DNA from: an uncultured archaeon
Lineage (GTDB): Archaea > Aenigmatarchaeota > Aenigmatarchaeia > QMZP01 > JACQNV01
Assembly: GCA_964410585.1 (NCBI GenBank)
Contig: CAYPFW010000002.1
Coordinates: forward strand, 78,207 to 142,206
Length of the DNA stretch: 64,000 nucleotides
Reading direction: 5' to 3'
Below, piece by piece: positions 8,896-17,985 of the stretch; the first letter of the stretch is position 1, and the number at the start of each line of letters is the position of its first letter. The notes under the pieces are model-generated. The model searched no databases. It saw only the letters and a program-made list of their open reading frames with translations, and was not told the DNA's origin. A program made the position numbers and the translations under genes.

Positions 8896-9939
8896 CAGTT
8901 TTTCCATATCCAAAACCAAGCAAGATAGGCTATATTCATCACCGAGGGCTTCTCCAGTTGTTGAGTTGTAGAATTCGAAAAAACCGTTTTTTGTTGATTC
9001 CAAAGATTTTTCATATAAAAGTTCAGCTGCTTCTGTAAGATTGTAGTTTAGTAGGCCTTTGAAAACAAACCAGTTTATTGGTATCCATGTTGCACCTCTC
9101 CAAGGACTTGCTGAATCAAAGCCCTTTTCAGAAAATGAAAGAGATGGAATGGGATATTCTGTCCAAAACTCTTCTTGATTTAAAAGATGTTTGTTGACAA
9201 GGTCTTGAGCTTGGGATTTTGAGAGAATGTTTGCAAAAAGCGGCATAAAGATGGATGGTGTGAGCTTGTCATCTATTTGAGAAAATAGGTTTTTCGTTTT
9301 GTCATAAAGGTGTTGTTTTATTGCCTCTTTTGTGTATTCGTATTTCCTTTTGTAAAATGCCTGCTCAACTCCGATTATTTTTGAAATTTCGATCATGGAT
9401 TTCAAACTCTCTAAATAAACACAGTTAAAAAAAACATCCTTGACATCGAAATATCCTCTTTGTAGAAAAAGGCTATCATTGTAGTCTGTGTTTTTATATG
9501 ATTCTACTATTTCTTTTTGCCTATTTGAGTAGAAAAAAGTCTCATTTGGATGGATTATCGAAAGGATATTTTTTGAATAGGTATCTCTTACAGTTGAAAG
9601 CCATTTGTAATACTTGTCTAATTTTGAATAGATTTTTTGTAGGAAAGTTTCATTTCTTGAAACATTGAATACTTGAAGAGCTGAATATGCAAAAAGAGGG
9701 GGCGCAGTTAGCTTGTTTTCCTGTGTGATTTTTCCTTCTGGGAGCTGGAGATTGAAAATGCTTACTATCTCCTTCTCAGCTGACTTTGGGTCAAAATGCC
9801 TTAGAACAATTGAATTCAAACAAGAAGCGAAAGCTGATTGTTTTTGGTTTTTTGCAGACAGTGTGAATTGTTGACCTGATTCAATTCGTCTGTTTTCGAG
9901 AAATATTTTTTCTATTTCTGAAATAGCTGAAAGCTCCAT
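8890..9939 (-). CDS. Six-hairpin glycoside hydrolase-like protein (GH63/GH37/GDE-like catalytic domain), possibly N-terminally truncated
   Basis: C-terminal region SASPWRGATWIPINWFVFKGL resembles alpha/alpha-barrel glucosidases. At 349 aa it is short for a full enzyme. Its 5' end overlaps the upstream PLD gene by 59 nt. Confidence 0.35.
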   Translation of the reverse strand: MELSAISEIEKIFLENRRIESGQQFTLSAKNQKQSAFASCLNSIVLRHFDPKSAEKEIVSIFNLQLPEGKITQENKLTAPPLFAYSALQVFNVSRNETFLQKIYSKLDKYYKWLSTVRDTYSKNILSIIHPNETFFYSNRQKEIVESYKNTDYNDSLFLQRGYFDVKDVFFNCVYLESLKSMIEISKIIGVEQAFYKRKYEYTKEAIKQHLYDKTKNLFSQIDDKLTPSIFMPLFANILSKSQAQDLVNKHLLNQEEFWTEYPIPSLSFSEKGFDSASPWRGATWIPINWFVFKGLLNYNLTEAAELLYEKSLESTKNGFFEFYNSTTGEALGDEYSLSCLVLDMEKLL

Positions 9940-11092
9940 ATAATATTATTGTCGCTGCAATAATAATAACCAATTCTGTCCCTCTGGATACAATCTTTCC
10001 AGTTAGTTCTTGTTGTGTTGTTTGAATTGGTGAATCACTGAAATCTTTTTTAAACAAACTGGAAAAATAGCCTGCAACTCCACCTTCTATTATAACACCA
10101 GCTTCCCTGTTTCTTTTTGGCGAGTTTTCATTCCAATTTATGCTTGAGATTAAAATTCTCTTGTCATCAACTATGACGCCTTTATTGTGGATTTTATCAA
10201 CTCCAAGCACTTGCAAATTAGCCAACTTAACTTCTAAATCCAATTTTTCTTTTTGTGCTATTTGATTTAGAAAATTGGCTGTGTTCAAGTTGCTGTTTGG
10301 ATCAGATTCTTCAATATTATAATTTGTCGAATCCAAAAGAATTTTCACTTCTATTCCCTGTCTAGCTTTTTCCAAAACTTTTTCTAAGAACAAATTTGGT
10401 TTTGGCTTGTTTTTTGTTCCCCAATTTTTGTAAATATAAAATTGCTCGATGTATATTGATTTGTTAGCTGAATCAAGAAGAGAAATAATGCCTTCAGTCG
10501 CAGTATCTGGAGCGAAAATTGCTTGGATATCTACTTTATATTTTTCGATTTGGGTTTCTGGAAAATTGGTTTTTGTGTTGTCTAAAAAGTAGTCGTCTAA
10601 CTTGCAATTAAATTCTTCTGATTTCTCAAAGTCTTTGTTGAAAACTTTTTTGAACTCTTTTTGGATTTCTTTATCTTCAATAATTGCTCCCCACCCTCTG
10701 TTTTTTGAGAACCCAAGACCCAAATTTTCAGATGAAACCAAAACCTTGTCGCCTACTAAATATTTCGCATGCAGGAATTTTTCAGGCCCATTAAAAAGCC
10801 TCACTTCAGCGCCTTTCTCTTCCAAATTACACAGTATTTTTTCCTCTATTTCCTTCATTCCGCCAACAGGAGACTTTTCAACTAGAACCTTGTCTGCTTT
10901 GGGGGAAACAAAATTTAGTATTTCTGGACTTGTGAATTCGTATACTGAGATATTGAACGAATTTTCGGTATCTGCAAAATAGTAAAGTGCTGACAGGCTA
11001 TTTTCAGGCGAGGAAAAAACAGATACTTCTGCTGCATATGCTGATTGTAAAAACAAAAGTGAAAACAGTAAGGCCGAAAATAAAAATTTCAT
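9881..11092 (-). CDS. Phospholipase D-family protein (two HKD motifs), secreted with a C-terminal TM anchor
   Basis: HKD motifs HAKYLVGDKVLVSSENLG and HNKGVIVDDKRILISSINWNENS; N-terminal signal peptide; C-terminal hydrophobic segment. Confidence 0.75.
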   Translation of the reverse strand: MKFLFSALLFSLLFLQSAYAAEVSVFSSPENSLSALYYFADTENSFNISVYEFTSPEILNFVSPKADKVLVEKSPVGGMKEIEEKILCNLEEKGAEVRLFNGPEKFLHAKYLVGDKVLVSSENLGLGFSKNRGWGAIIEDKEIQKEFKKVFNKDFEKSEEFNCKLDDYFLDNTKTNFPETQIEKYKVDIQAIFAPDTATEGIISLLDSANKSIYIEQFYIYKNWGTKNKPKPNLFLEKVLEKARQGIEVKILLDSTNYNIEESDPNSNLNTANFLNQIAQKEKLDLEVKLANLQVLGVDKIHNKGVIVDDKRILISSINWNENSPKRNREAGVIIEGGVAGYFSSLFKKDFSDSPIQTTQQELTGKIVSRGTELVIIIAATIILYGAFSYFRNRKNISRKQTN

Positions 11093-11120
11093 TTATATAT
11101 TATCAATCTCAATCTTTAAA

Positions 11121-11537
11121 ATGGGGTTAGCTAGATACGAGAGGCGAATTCTAAAACAAAAAATAAAGAATAAAGAGGGAGAAAGGGAGCCAAAAAACCT
11201 AAAAAAGGCAAACTATTTGATAGTTGGTGCGATTGTTTTAATGGTGAGTGTCTTAGGATATACTTTCACTGGATACACTGTTGGGAAAAACAGCTATGAC
11301 AATTTTGCTAAATGCCTTTCTGAAAGCTCCAGGCTTTATGTATCAGCTAATTGTGAAGAGTGCGAAAAACAAAAAGAGTTATTTGGGTCATCTTCTCAGT
11401 ATATTGATTATGCTGAGTGTGTTGAAGGAATGTGCCAAGAGATTGGAGTCTATCCTACTTGGGAAATTAGGGGTAAGCTTTATTCTGGTCTTCAAAGCCT
11501 TGAAAAACTCTCTGAATTATCTGGTTGTAGGCTGTAG
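11121..11537 (+). CDS. Membrane-anchored thioredoxin-like protein of the VKOR-associated type
   Basis: One TM, then CEECEKQKELFG...YAECVEGMCQEIGVYPTWEIRGKLYSG, which matches the CxxC...C...C...GYPTW(I/E)I pattern of VKOR-fused thioredoxin domains. Confidence 0.55.
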   Translation: MGLARYERRILKQKIKNKEGEREPKNLKKANYLIVGAIVLMVSVLGYTFTGYTVGKNSYDNFAKCLSESSRLYVSANCEECEKQKELFGSSSQYIDYAECVEGMCQEIGVYPTWEIRGKLYSGLQSLEKLSELSGCRL

Positions 11538-11592
11538 TACAAATATAAATTTGTGAGATGCTAATATAGACTATTCTTATTTTAGGGGGCAT

Positions 11593-12222
11593 ATGGATCA
11601 CCAGGAAATTCAAAAGTTTTATTCTGAAAGGAAGGAAAATATCCAAAAAAGGCTTGAGGAGTTTTCTCAGATAAAAACAAAAAGTGAAAGGGATATTTTC
11701 GCTGAACTTTGTTTTTGTTTATTGACACCACAATCAAAGGCTAGGAATTGTTGGTCTTCGATTCTTGCTTTGAAGGCATCTGGCGCGCTTTACACTGGAA
11801 GGCCTGAAAACATAAGGCAGGTTTTGCACAAACAGGTTAGGTTCCACAACAACAAGGCAAGGTATATTGTCGAGAGCAGGAAAAAGGTCTTGGAAAATGG
11901 GTTTAATTGGAAGCAGTTTTTTGAAAAACACCCAAAGGAGATGAGAGAGTGGCTTGTTGAAAATGTCAAAGGCATGGGATACAAAGAAGCTTCACACTTT
12001 TTGAGGAACATTGGGTTCAGAGAATTGGCTATTTTGGATAGACATATTTTGAAAAACCTTGTCAAATGCAAAGCAATAGATGGAGTGCCTAAAACCTTAG
12101 GAAAGCCGCAGTATTTAGAGATAGAGGACAAGTTCAAAGATTTTTCGCAAAAAGTTGGGATACATATGGATGAGCTGGATTTGCTTTTTTGGTCGCTTGA
12201 AACAGGGGAGGTTTTCAAGTAA
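11593..12222 (+). CDS. ogg: 8-oxoguanine DNA glycosylase/AP lyase, archaeal Ogg2 type (HhH-GPD)
   Basis: About 209 aa with the same layout as archaeal Ogg; HhH-GPD core (VKGMGYKEASHFLRNIGF...LDRH). Confidence 0.7.
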   Translation: MDHQEIQKFYSERKENIQKRLEEFSQIKTKSERDIFAELCFCLLTPQSKARNCWSSILALKASGALYTGRPENIRQVLHKQVRFHNNKARYIVESRKKVLENGFNWKQFFEKHPKEMREWLVENVKGMGYKEASHFLRNIGFRELAILDRHILKNLVKCKAIDGVPKTLGKPQYLEIEDKFKDFSQKVGIHMDELDLLFWSLETGEVFK

Positions 12223-12251
12223 ATTTATAAACTAGTAGAATAATTTAGTGT

Positions 12252-12491
12252 ATGGCAAAATCTGTTACAGTGTTTTCGACAACAACCTGTCCTTGGTGTG
12301 TAAAAGTCAAAGAGTTTTTGAAACAAAACAATGTCAAATACACTGAAAAGAACGTAGGCGAAGACCAAGAAGCAGCAGACTACATGATTGAAAAAACAGG
12401 CCAAATGGGTGTGCCTGTGACAGAAATTGATGGTAAGTTTATTGTTGGTTTTGATGTTAGCAGCTTGAAGAAAGCTTTGGGGCTTAAATAG
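12252..12491 (+). CDS. Glutaredoxin/NrdH-like small redoxin
   Basis: 79 aa with a TCPWC active site and a thioredoxin fold. Confidence 0.75.
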   Translation: MAKSVTVFSTTTCPWCVKVKEFLKQNNVKYTEKNVGEDQEAADYMIEKTGQMGVPVTEIDGKFIVGFDVSSLKKALGLK

Positions 12492-12594
12492 ACTGTTTCT
12501 AAAACACCGGAAAATTCACAAAACATGCGATAAGTTAATAAAAACAATTGAAATCCAAACAATAAACTAATAAAACTTTGCACCAAATAAAGGG

Positions 12595-12996
12595 ATGGCA
12601 GAAAAGATTAGAAAGCTTTTGATTGTAGAAGACGAACCTGATTTACGTTCTCTGTATTCGATACACTTTAGTAAAAGAGGATATAAAGTAGAGACAGCTG
12701 GTTCTGGTCCAGAAGCAATAGCAAAGATAAGAGGTTATACAGAAACAGATAGACCAGATGGTTTCCTAGTTGATATTTGGTTGCCAGATGAAAGTGGATA
12801 TGGTGTCATTGGGTCAATAAGACAAAACCCAGCAACTAAGCATCAACCTGTGATTGCCATGTCAGCTACTACAGAGGCAAACTTGAAAAAAGCAGTAGAT
12901 GCCGGTGCCAATGCTACTTATAGAAAACCATTTGAATTTAAAGAAGTTGCTGCCCATATTGAAGGGCTTATTTCTGAATTGGATGGAGTAGAGTAG
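12595..12996 (+). CDS. Stand-alone response-regulator receiver (CheY-like) domain
   Basis: Acidic pocket LLIVEDE; phospho-acceptor context FLVDIWLPD; downstream S/T and YRKPF. No output domain. Confidence 0.7.
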   Translation: MAEKIRKLLIVEDEPDLRSLYSIHFSKRGYKVETAGSGPEAIAKIRGYTETDRPDGFLVDIWLPDESGYGVIGSIRQNPATKHQPVIAMSATTEANLKKAVDAGANATYRKPFEFKEVAAHIEGLISELDGVE

Positions 12997-13042
12997 GATA
13001 GAATTTGGCTTTATTTCTTGAAATTGATTTGACATTCTCATA

Positions 13043-13160
13043 TATAACACTGTTATACACCTCTACTTCATGTGGAATTTGGTTCAGTTGGTTTGTTTTT
13101 GCACGTTTTTCCAAAATTTGGTTGATTTTCCCACAAAACTACATATATAACACTGTTATA
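13043..13160. promoter_or_regulatory. Two identical 15-bp palindromes TATAACAcTGTTATA, 103 bp apart, in the long 5' region of the RNR gene
   Basis: Perfect inverted repeats at 13043-13057 and 13146-13160, each embedded in CATATATAACACTGTTATA. The RNR start is at 13394. The RNR product carries an NrdR-like Zn-ribbon plus ATP-cone N-terminus. Confidence 0.4.
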
Positions 13161-13393
13161 TCCTACTTTTCTCCCGAAAAATAGCCCTTTACATACACTG
13201 ATTTCCCCCAGGACCAACAAACAGAAAATCTATACTAAAGTATCTACATATTTATATATAATCAATCACAAAGTTCTAAACACAGTATCTTGTGTTAGCT
13301 CAACTAGCCAACACAATATCTTGTATATTGTCAATTTTAATACTTCTCAGAGGCAAATGCTTCTAAAAGTATATAGAGTGGGGGTAAAAGAAT

Positions 13394-16105
13394 ATGAAAT
13401 GTCCTTTTTGCAGTCATCCAGAAACAAAGGTTATAGATAAAAGAGAGTCTGAAGAAGACTCAAACAGAAGAAGAAGGGAATGCCTTTCATGTGGCAAGCG
13501 CTTCACAACATACGAAAAGCTTGAGTTAAGCTCATCCAAAAAAGTCGACAAATTAGTGAAAAGAGATGGAAGAATAGCTGATTTTGATGCCTCAAGAATA
13601 GAGTCTGCAATTTTCAAGGCAGCAAAGGCAGTTGGTGGTACTGATAGAGAAAGGGCAAAAAAACTAGCAGACGAAGTAATGGAGCAAGTCAACAAAAAGT
13701 TCCTAGGGAAAAAAGACCTCCCAACAGTAGAAGACATCCAAGACATTGTTGAAAAAGTCCTCATCGAAAATGGTCATGCAAAAACAGCAAAGGCCTACAT
13801 CATTTACAGGCAAGAGCGTGCAGAGCTAAGAAATGAAAAAAGAAGAATCTTGGAAAAAGAAGATGTTGACGATGTTGACAAAGTTTTCGACCTAAATGCA
13901 CTTAGAGTTTTGAAATCCAGATATTTGCGAAAAGACGAAAACGGCAAGCTAATCGAAACCCCAAAGCAACTTTTTACTAGGGTAGCAACACATGGAGCGC
14001 TTCCAGATATTTTGTATGACCCTCAATTATACGACATCTCAAAATCTCAGCAACAGCACCCAAAAGAATCTTTCGATCCAAAAACAAACCACGAAAAATA
14101 CAGCATAGGAAAATACAAACTAAACCAATATCACCTGGATGCTTTCAAAAGAATGTATGATAGGTTCAACAAAAATCACCAAATGAAATTCTCATGGTCC
14201 CAGGTTTTGGAAAAGCTTTCAAAAGGTGAACTAAGTTCTTATGAAAAAAATATCACAGAGTTCTATGACATAATGGTCAACAGACAGTTCATGCCAAACA
14301 CACCGGCTATAGCTAATTTTGGAACAGTTCTAGGAATGGGCTCTGCTTGCTTTGTTTTGGGAATAAGAGACTCAATAGACGATATAATGGAAAAATTAAA
14401 ACATGCAGCAGTCATCTTCAAATCAGGCGGCGGAGTCGGCTACAACTTCTCACACCTAAGGCCTGAAGGCGATTTGGTTTCTTCAACATGCGGTCTTGCA
14501 TCTGGTCCCTTGTCTTTCATGTCTATGTTCGACAAAATGACAGAGGTCATCAAACAAGGTGGTATTCGCCGAGGCGCAAACATGGGAATAATGAACTCAG
14601 ATCACCCAGATATTGAAAAATTCATAACAGCAAAAGCAGGCAACAAGGCCTTCAAAAACTTCAACATCTCAGTAAATATCCAACCAGACTTTTGGCAATA
14701 CTATGAAAAAAATGAGCCCTATCCTTTAAGAAATCCAAGAGACGGAACAGTTGTCAAAACAGTTAATTCACGGATGCTTTTTGACAAAATAGTTTACCAG
14801 GCATGGGAATCAGCAGAGCCAGGAGTCATCTTTTCAGACAAAGTAAATGAATACAATCCTTTATACGAATCAATGGGCCCAATTGAAACAACAAATCCTT
14901 GCGGTGAGGTACTCTTGTATCCAAACGAGTCATGCAACCTAGGATCAATAAACGTCTGGGCTTTTGTCAAAGAAGATGTGGATGGAAATGTTTCCTTTGA
15001 TTGGGAAAACTTAGCCCGCGTCTCTCGGTTAGGAGAAAAATTCCTGGACAATGTCATCGAAGTAAACAAGTGGCCTCTACAAGACATAGAAGACATGGCC
15101 TTGAACACAAGAAAAACAGGCCTTGGTGTCATGGGAGTTGGCGACCTTTTGTATGAATTAGGTCTTCCTTATAATACAGATGAAGGCAGAAACTTCATGG
15201 AGAGGCTGATGGAATTTGTCAACTTCTACTCAAAAGTCGAAGGCATCGAACTTGCAAGAACAAGAGGACCTTTCCTATACTACGACAAAAGCTTCTATTC
15301 TGAAGGTAAGCTTCCTTTTGCTGGTTTCTACGACAAAAAATCCTGGAGAATGGACTGGAACCAAATAGTCGACGGCGTCCAAAAACATGGAGTAAGGAAT
15401 GCATTCACAATTGTCGTCGCTCCAACAGGATCAATATCAATGATAGCAGGCTGCTCTTCAGGCATTGAACCTGTCTATTCTTTGGTTTTCGAGAAAAATG
15501 TGAAAGTCGGTTCCTTCTACTATGTGAATCCTATATTCGAAAAATGGATGAGAAGAGAAGGCTTATTCGACGAAAAACTAGTAGAAGATGTAAATGCAAA
15601 CAAAGGAACAGTCAGAAGAGTCGGCTATATTCCAAGAAAATTCAAGGAAATGTTTATCACAGCAATGGACACAACGCCAGAAGACCATATAAGAGCCTTG
15701 GCAGCATTCCAAAAATGGGTTGACTCATCGATCTCAAAAACAAACAACTTCCCGGCAGATGCAACAGTTGAGGATATGAGACAATCTTATCTCCTTGCAT
15801 ACAAGCTAGGATGCAAAGATGTAACTGTGTTTAGAGACACATCAATAAAGGACCAGGTCTTGGTTTCAGGCGTTAAAAAGTCTGAAAAACACGCAGCTGA
15901 CACTGGTTTGAAACCTCAGTTAGGAAAAGAATGGACACCAGAACAACCAATAGCAGTTTCAACAAGTGGTAGTTTCTACCAACAACCAAAAGTAACTACA
16001 AACTTTGGGGAAAAGCCAAAAGTCTGCCCATCTTGTGGATCTGAAACCAAAAGAGAAGAAGGCTGTGTATCTTGCCCTGGCTGCGGTTGGGGCATGTGTA
16101 GCTAG
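13394..16105 (+). CDS. nrdJ: Class II (adenosylcobalamin-dependent) ribonucleotide reductase NrdJ with an N-terminal NrdR-like zinc ribbon plus ATP-cone and a C-terminal zinc ribbon
   Basis: N-terminus MKCPFCSHPETKVIDKRES...RRRECLSCGKRFTTYE matches the NrdR Zn ribbon; ATP-cone (VKRDGRIADFDASRIESAI). Catalytic core hallmarks: NPCGE (nt region 14881-14941), the LGSIN context, and the C-terminal CPSCGS...CVSCPGCG ribbon. Length 903 aa. Confidence 0.85.
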   Translation: MKCPFCSHPETKVIDKRESEEDSNRRRRECLSCGKRFTTYEKLELSSSKKVDKLVKRDGRIADFDASRIESAIFKAAKAVGGTDRERAKKLADEVMEQVNKKFLGKKDLPTVEDIQDIVEKVLIENGHAKTAKAYIIYRQERAELRNEKRRILEKEDVDDVDKVFDLNALRVLKSRYLRKDENGKLIETPKQLFTRVATHGALPDILYDPQLYDISKSQQQHPKESFDPKTNHEKYSIGKYKLNQYHLDAFKRMYDRFNKNHQMKFSWSQVLEKLSKGELSSYEKNITEFYDIMVNRQFMPNTPAIANFGTVLGMGSACFVLGIRDSIDDIMEKLKHAAVIFKSGGGVGYNFSHLRPEGDLVSSTCGLASGPLSFMSMFDKMTEVIKQGGIRRGANMGIMNSDHPDIEKFITAKAGNKAFKNFNISVNIQPDFWQYYEKNEPYPLRNPRDGTVVKTVNSRMLFDKIVYQAWESAEPGVIFSDKVNEYNPLYESMGPIETTNPCGEVLLYPNESCNLGSINVWAFVKEDVDGNVSFDWENLARVSRLGEKFLDNVIEVNKWPLQDIEDMALNTRKTGLGVMGVGDLLYELGLPYNTDEGRNFMERLMEFVNFYSKVEGIELARTRGPFLYYDKSFYSEGKLPFAGFYDKKSWRMDWNQIVDGVQKHGVRNAFTIVVAPTGSISMIAGCSSGIEPVYSLVFEKNVKVGSFYYVNPIFEKWMRREGLFDEKLVEDVNANKGTVRRVGYIPRKFKEMFITAMDTTPEDHIRALAAFQKWVDSSISKTNNFPADATVEDMRQSYLLAYKLGCKDVTVFRDTSIKDQVLVSGVKKSEKHAADTGLKPQLGKEWTPEQPIAVSTSGSFYQQPKVTTNFGEKPKVCPSCGSETKREEGCVSCPGCGWGMCS

Positions 16106-16228
16106 CCTTTTCCGGCAGTCCCCGCTTGCTCAAAAGGCTCGTGTCTCCAACTAGCAGAGTGAACTGTTAATAGTTCACAGACATCTCTGCATCATCTCCC
16201 GAGAGATGCAGATACCGTACCCAAAAAA
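16098..16228 (-). ncRNA. Copy E of the repeated intergenic element (reverse orientation) with a GC-rich insert of about 100 nt between the conserved ends
   Basis: On the minus strand the 5' end reads TTTTTTGGGTACGGTAT (plus 16212-16228) and the 3' end reads GAAAAGGCTAGC (plus 16098-16112, overlapping the RNR stop codon). The interior is GC-rich with hairpins (TCTGCATC...GATGCAGA). Confidence 0.4.
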
Positions 16229-16354
16229 CTACATTACAAAAGTGGAAGGCGTAATTTTTTCGAGCTTGCAAGCGAAGAAAAAATAGCCTCATGTTTTGGT
16301 TAAGCTTTTGGATAAAAGGTTAAGTCTGGGGTTCTCATCCAAAAAGAAAAAGTT

Positions 16355-16618
16355 ATGGGTTTGGAAATCTACATAGGTATTTTTGGAGCTTGCTTAATCC
16401 TGTTTTCATGGATTTTTGAGACAGTAAAATCTTTCCGCGAGCACAAGGCTCTTATTGATTTAAAATTTTCAATAATAAATCTGTTCGCAGTTTCCTCACT
16501 TTCTTTCTACAGTTATTTTGTTAAAGATTCTCTTTTTATTTTCTTGAATTTGGCGATTTTTGCGATTGTTGTTGTGGAAATAATTCTAGCAATTCATCTC
16601 AAAAAACATCGCATATAA
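16355..16618 (+). CDS. Small hydrophobic membrane protein (2-3 TM)
   Basis: 87-aa, entirely hydrophobic ORF. Confidence 0.35.
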   Translation: MGLEIYIGIFGACLILFSWIFETVKSFREHKALIDLKFSIINLFAVSSLSFYSYFVKDSLFIFLNLAIFAIVVVEIILAIHLKKHRI

Positions 16619-16640
16619 ACTGTGTAAAACAAATATTAAC

Positions 16641-17900
16641 ATGAAAAAAATCTTCCTTTCTATTTTTTTGGTTTTGTTTCTTGCAACAACAGTCTCGGCC
16701 TCAAAATATTTTGCACCAACAGACGACTACACAAACCAAACATTCTCAGCCTCCTCGCTTGAAATAGGTGATGTTATTTCAGATGGCCAAGATTTAGGAA
16801 ACACAACATCTGTTCAGTTTTCTACATCAGATGCCCTAAAACTTGCTTTCAAAATCGACAGCACAAAAGACCTCAATTTAAGAGAGCTAAAAATCCAGTT
16901 TTCCCCAGACAAAACAGTGATTGATAAGGGCTCATCAAACATCGATACCTATACTTTGTATGTTCCAAATTCAAACAACGGAAAAGGCATTTTCATCTGT
17001 CCTCAAGCCAAAATTTTGGATGAAGTAAACAAACAGTGTTCGGGAATAAAAAAAATCTTCGAGCCTTTTCCACAAACAGTGCTTTCTGAGACTCCGGTTT
17101 TTGTTGAAATAAATTCAGGCTCCTATTCTGTTTCTGGACTAAAATCAGGTGGCATCGGCCTTCTTTCATCTGAAGACAAACCAGAAAATCAAACAGCTAT
17201 TGCAGGAAATTCGCCGCCTTCGATCCAACTTCTTTCTCCAAAAAACTCAGAAAAAATTTCATCTGATTTTTCCTTTAGGTGCAAAGCAGCAGATGATAAA
17301 GGCTTGCGTCTAATAGAGCTCTATTCAAATGTTAATGGTCCAATGAGCCTTTTGTCCAGAAAGCCAACTGGAAACTTAGAAGATGTTTTAGAATTCCAAC
17401 AACAAAAACCAAAAGCGGGCACATACAGCTGGTATTGCTTGGTTTTAGATGATATAAGCCAGGAAACAAAATCAGAAATCCAATCCTTTGTTGTAGAAGA
17501 TCAGCCATCAATCTGCGCAGAAGATTGGATATGCTCCCCTTTCCAACCTTTGAAATGTGATGTTGGTCACCAAACAAGGACATGCACAGATAAAAATACT
17601 TGTGGTACAGTTCAATTCAAACCAGATGAAGTCAGAGACTGTCAATCAAAGTGTCAGGAAAAATGGTCTTGTACAGATTGGTCTGATCAAAGAGGCTGTG
17701 GAACACGTACATGCAAAGACGAAAACCAGTGCGACAATTCCCAATACCAAACAGAAAAGCCAAAAGAATTTTCAGAGTGCGTAGATCAAGTAGTAGATCA
17801 GCCAACACCAACAAGCCCTCTTATCCTCGGTGTGATAATAGCCGTGATATTGGTTTTATTTTTATTTTTTGTCCTAAAGAGAAAAAAGCAAATTGAATAA
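16641..17900 (+). CDS. Secreted surface protein with a membrane-proximal Cys-rich repeat module and a C-terminal TM anchor
   Basis: Signal peptide. Two copies of the module C-x4-W-x-C-x6-8-C-x3-5-QTR/TRT-C-x4-6-C; C-terminal TM ILGVIIAVILVLFLFFVL plus a KRKK stop-transfer tail. Shares the Cys module with the 1047-aa protein downstream. Confidence 0.5.
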   Translation: MKKIFLSIFLVLFLATTVSASKYFAPTDDYTNQTFSASSLEIGDVISDGQDLGNTTSVQFSTSDALKLAFKIDSTKDLNLRELKIQFSPDKTVIDKGSSNIDTYTLYVPNSNNGKGIFICPQAKILDEVNKQCSGIKKIFEPFPQTVLSETPVFVEINSGSYSVSGLKSGGIGLLSSEDKPENQTAIAGNSPPSIQLLSPKNSEKISSDFSFRCKAADDKGLRLIELYSNVNGPMSLLSRKPTGNLEDVLEFQQQKPKAGTYSWYCLVLDDISQETKSEIQSFVVEDQPSICAEDWICSPFQPLKCDVGHQTRTCTDKNTCGTVQFKPDEVRDCQSKCQEKWSCTDWSDQRGCGTRTCKDENQCDNSQYQTEKPKEFSECVDQVVDQPTPTSPLILGVIIAVILVLFLFFVLKRKKQIE

Positions 17901-17985
17901 TGTGTGATTGGTTAAATTTTCCTATTAAATCAAGTAGTATATAGCCCCCATAATACCTATATATAGGCTCATATAATAATAGTAT

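Noticed and set aside
16229-16354. Palindrome GCTTGCAAGC and A-rich tract between element E and the next gene
   Set aside because: A short single dyad in an AT-rich spacer; no repetition or conservation visible; likely a terminator or chance.
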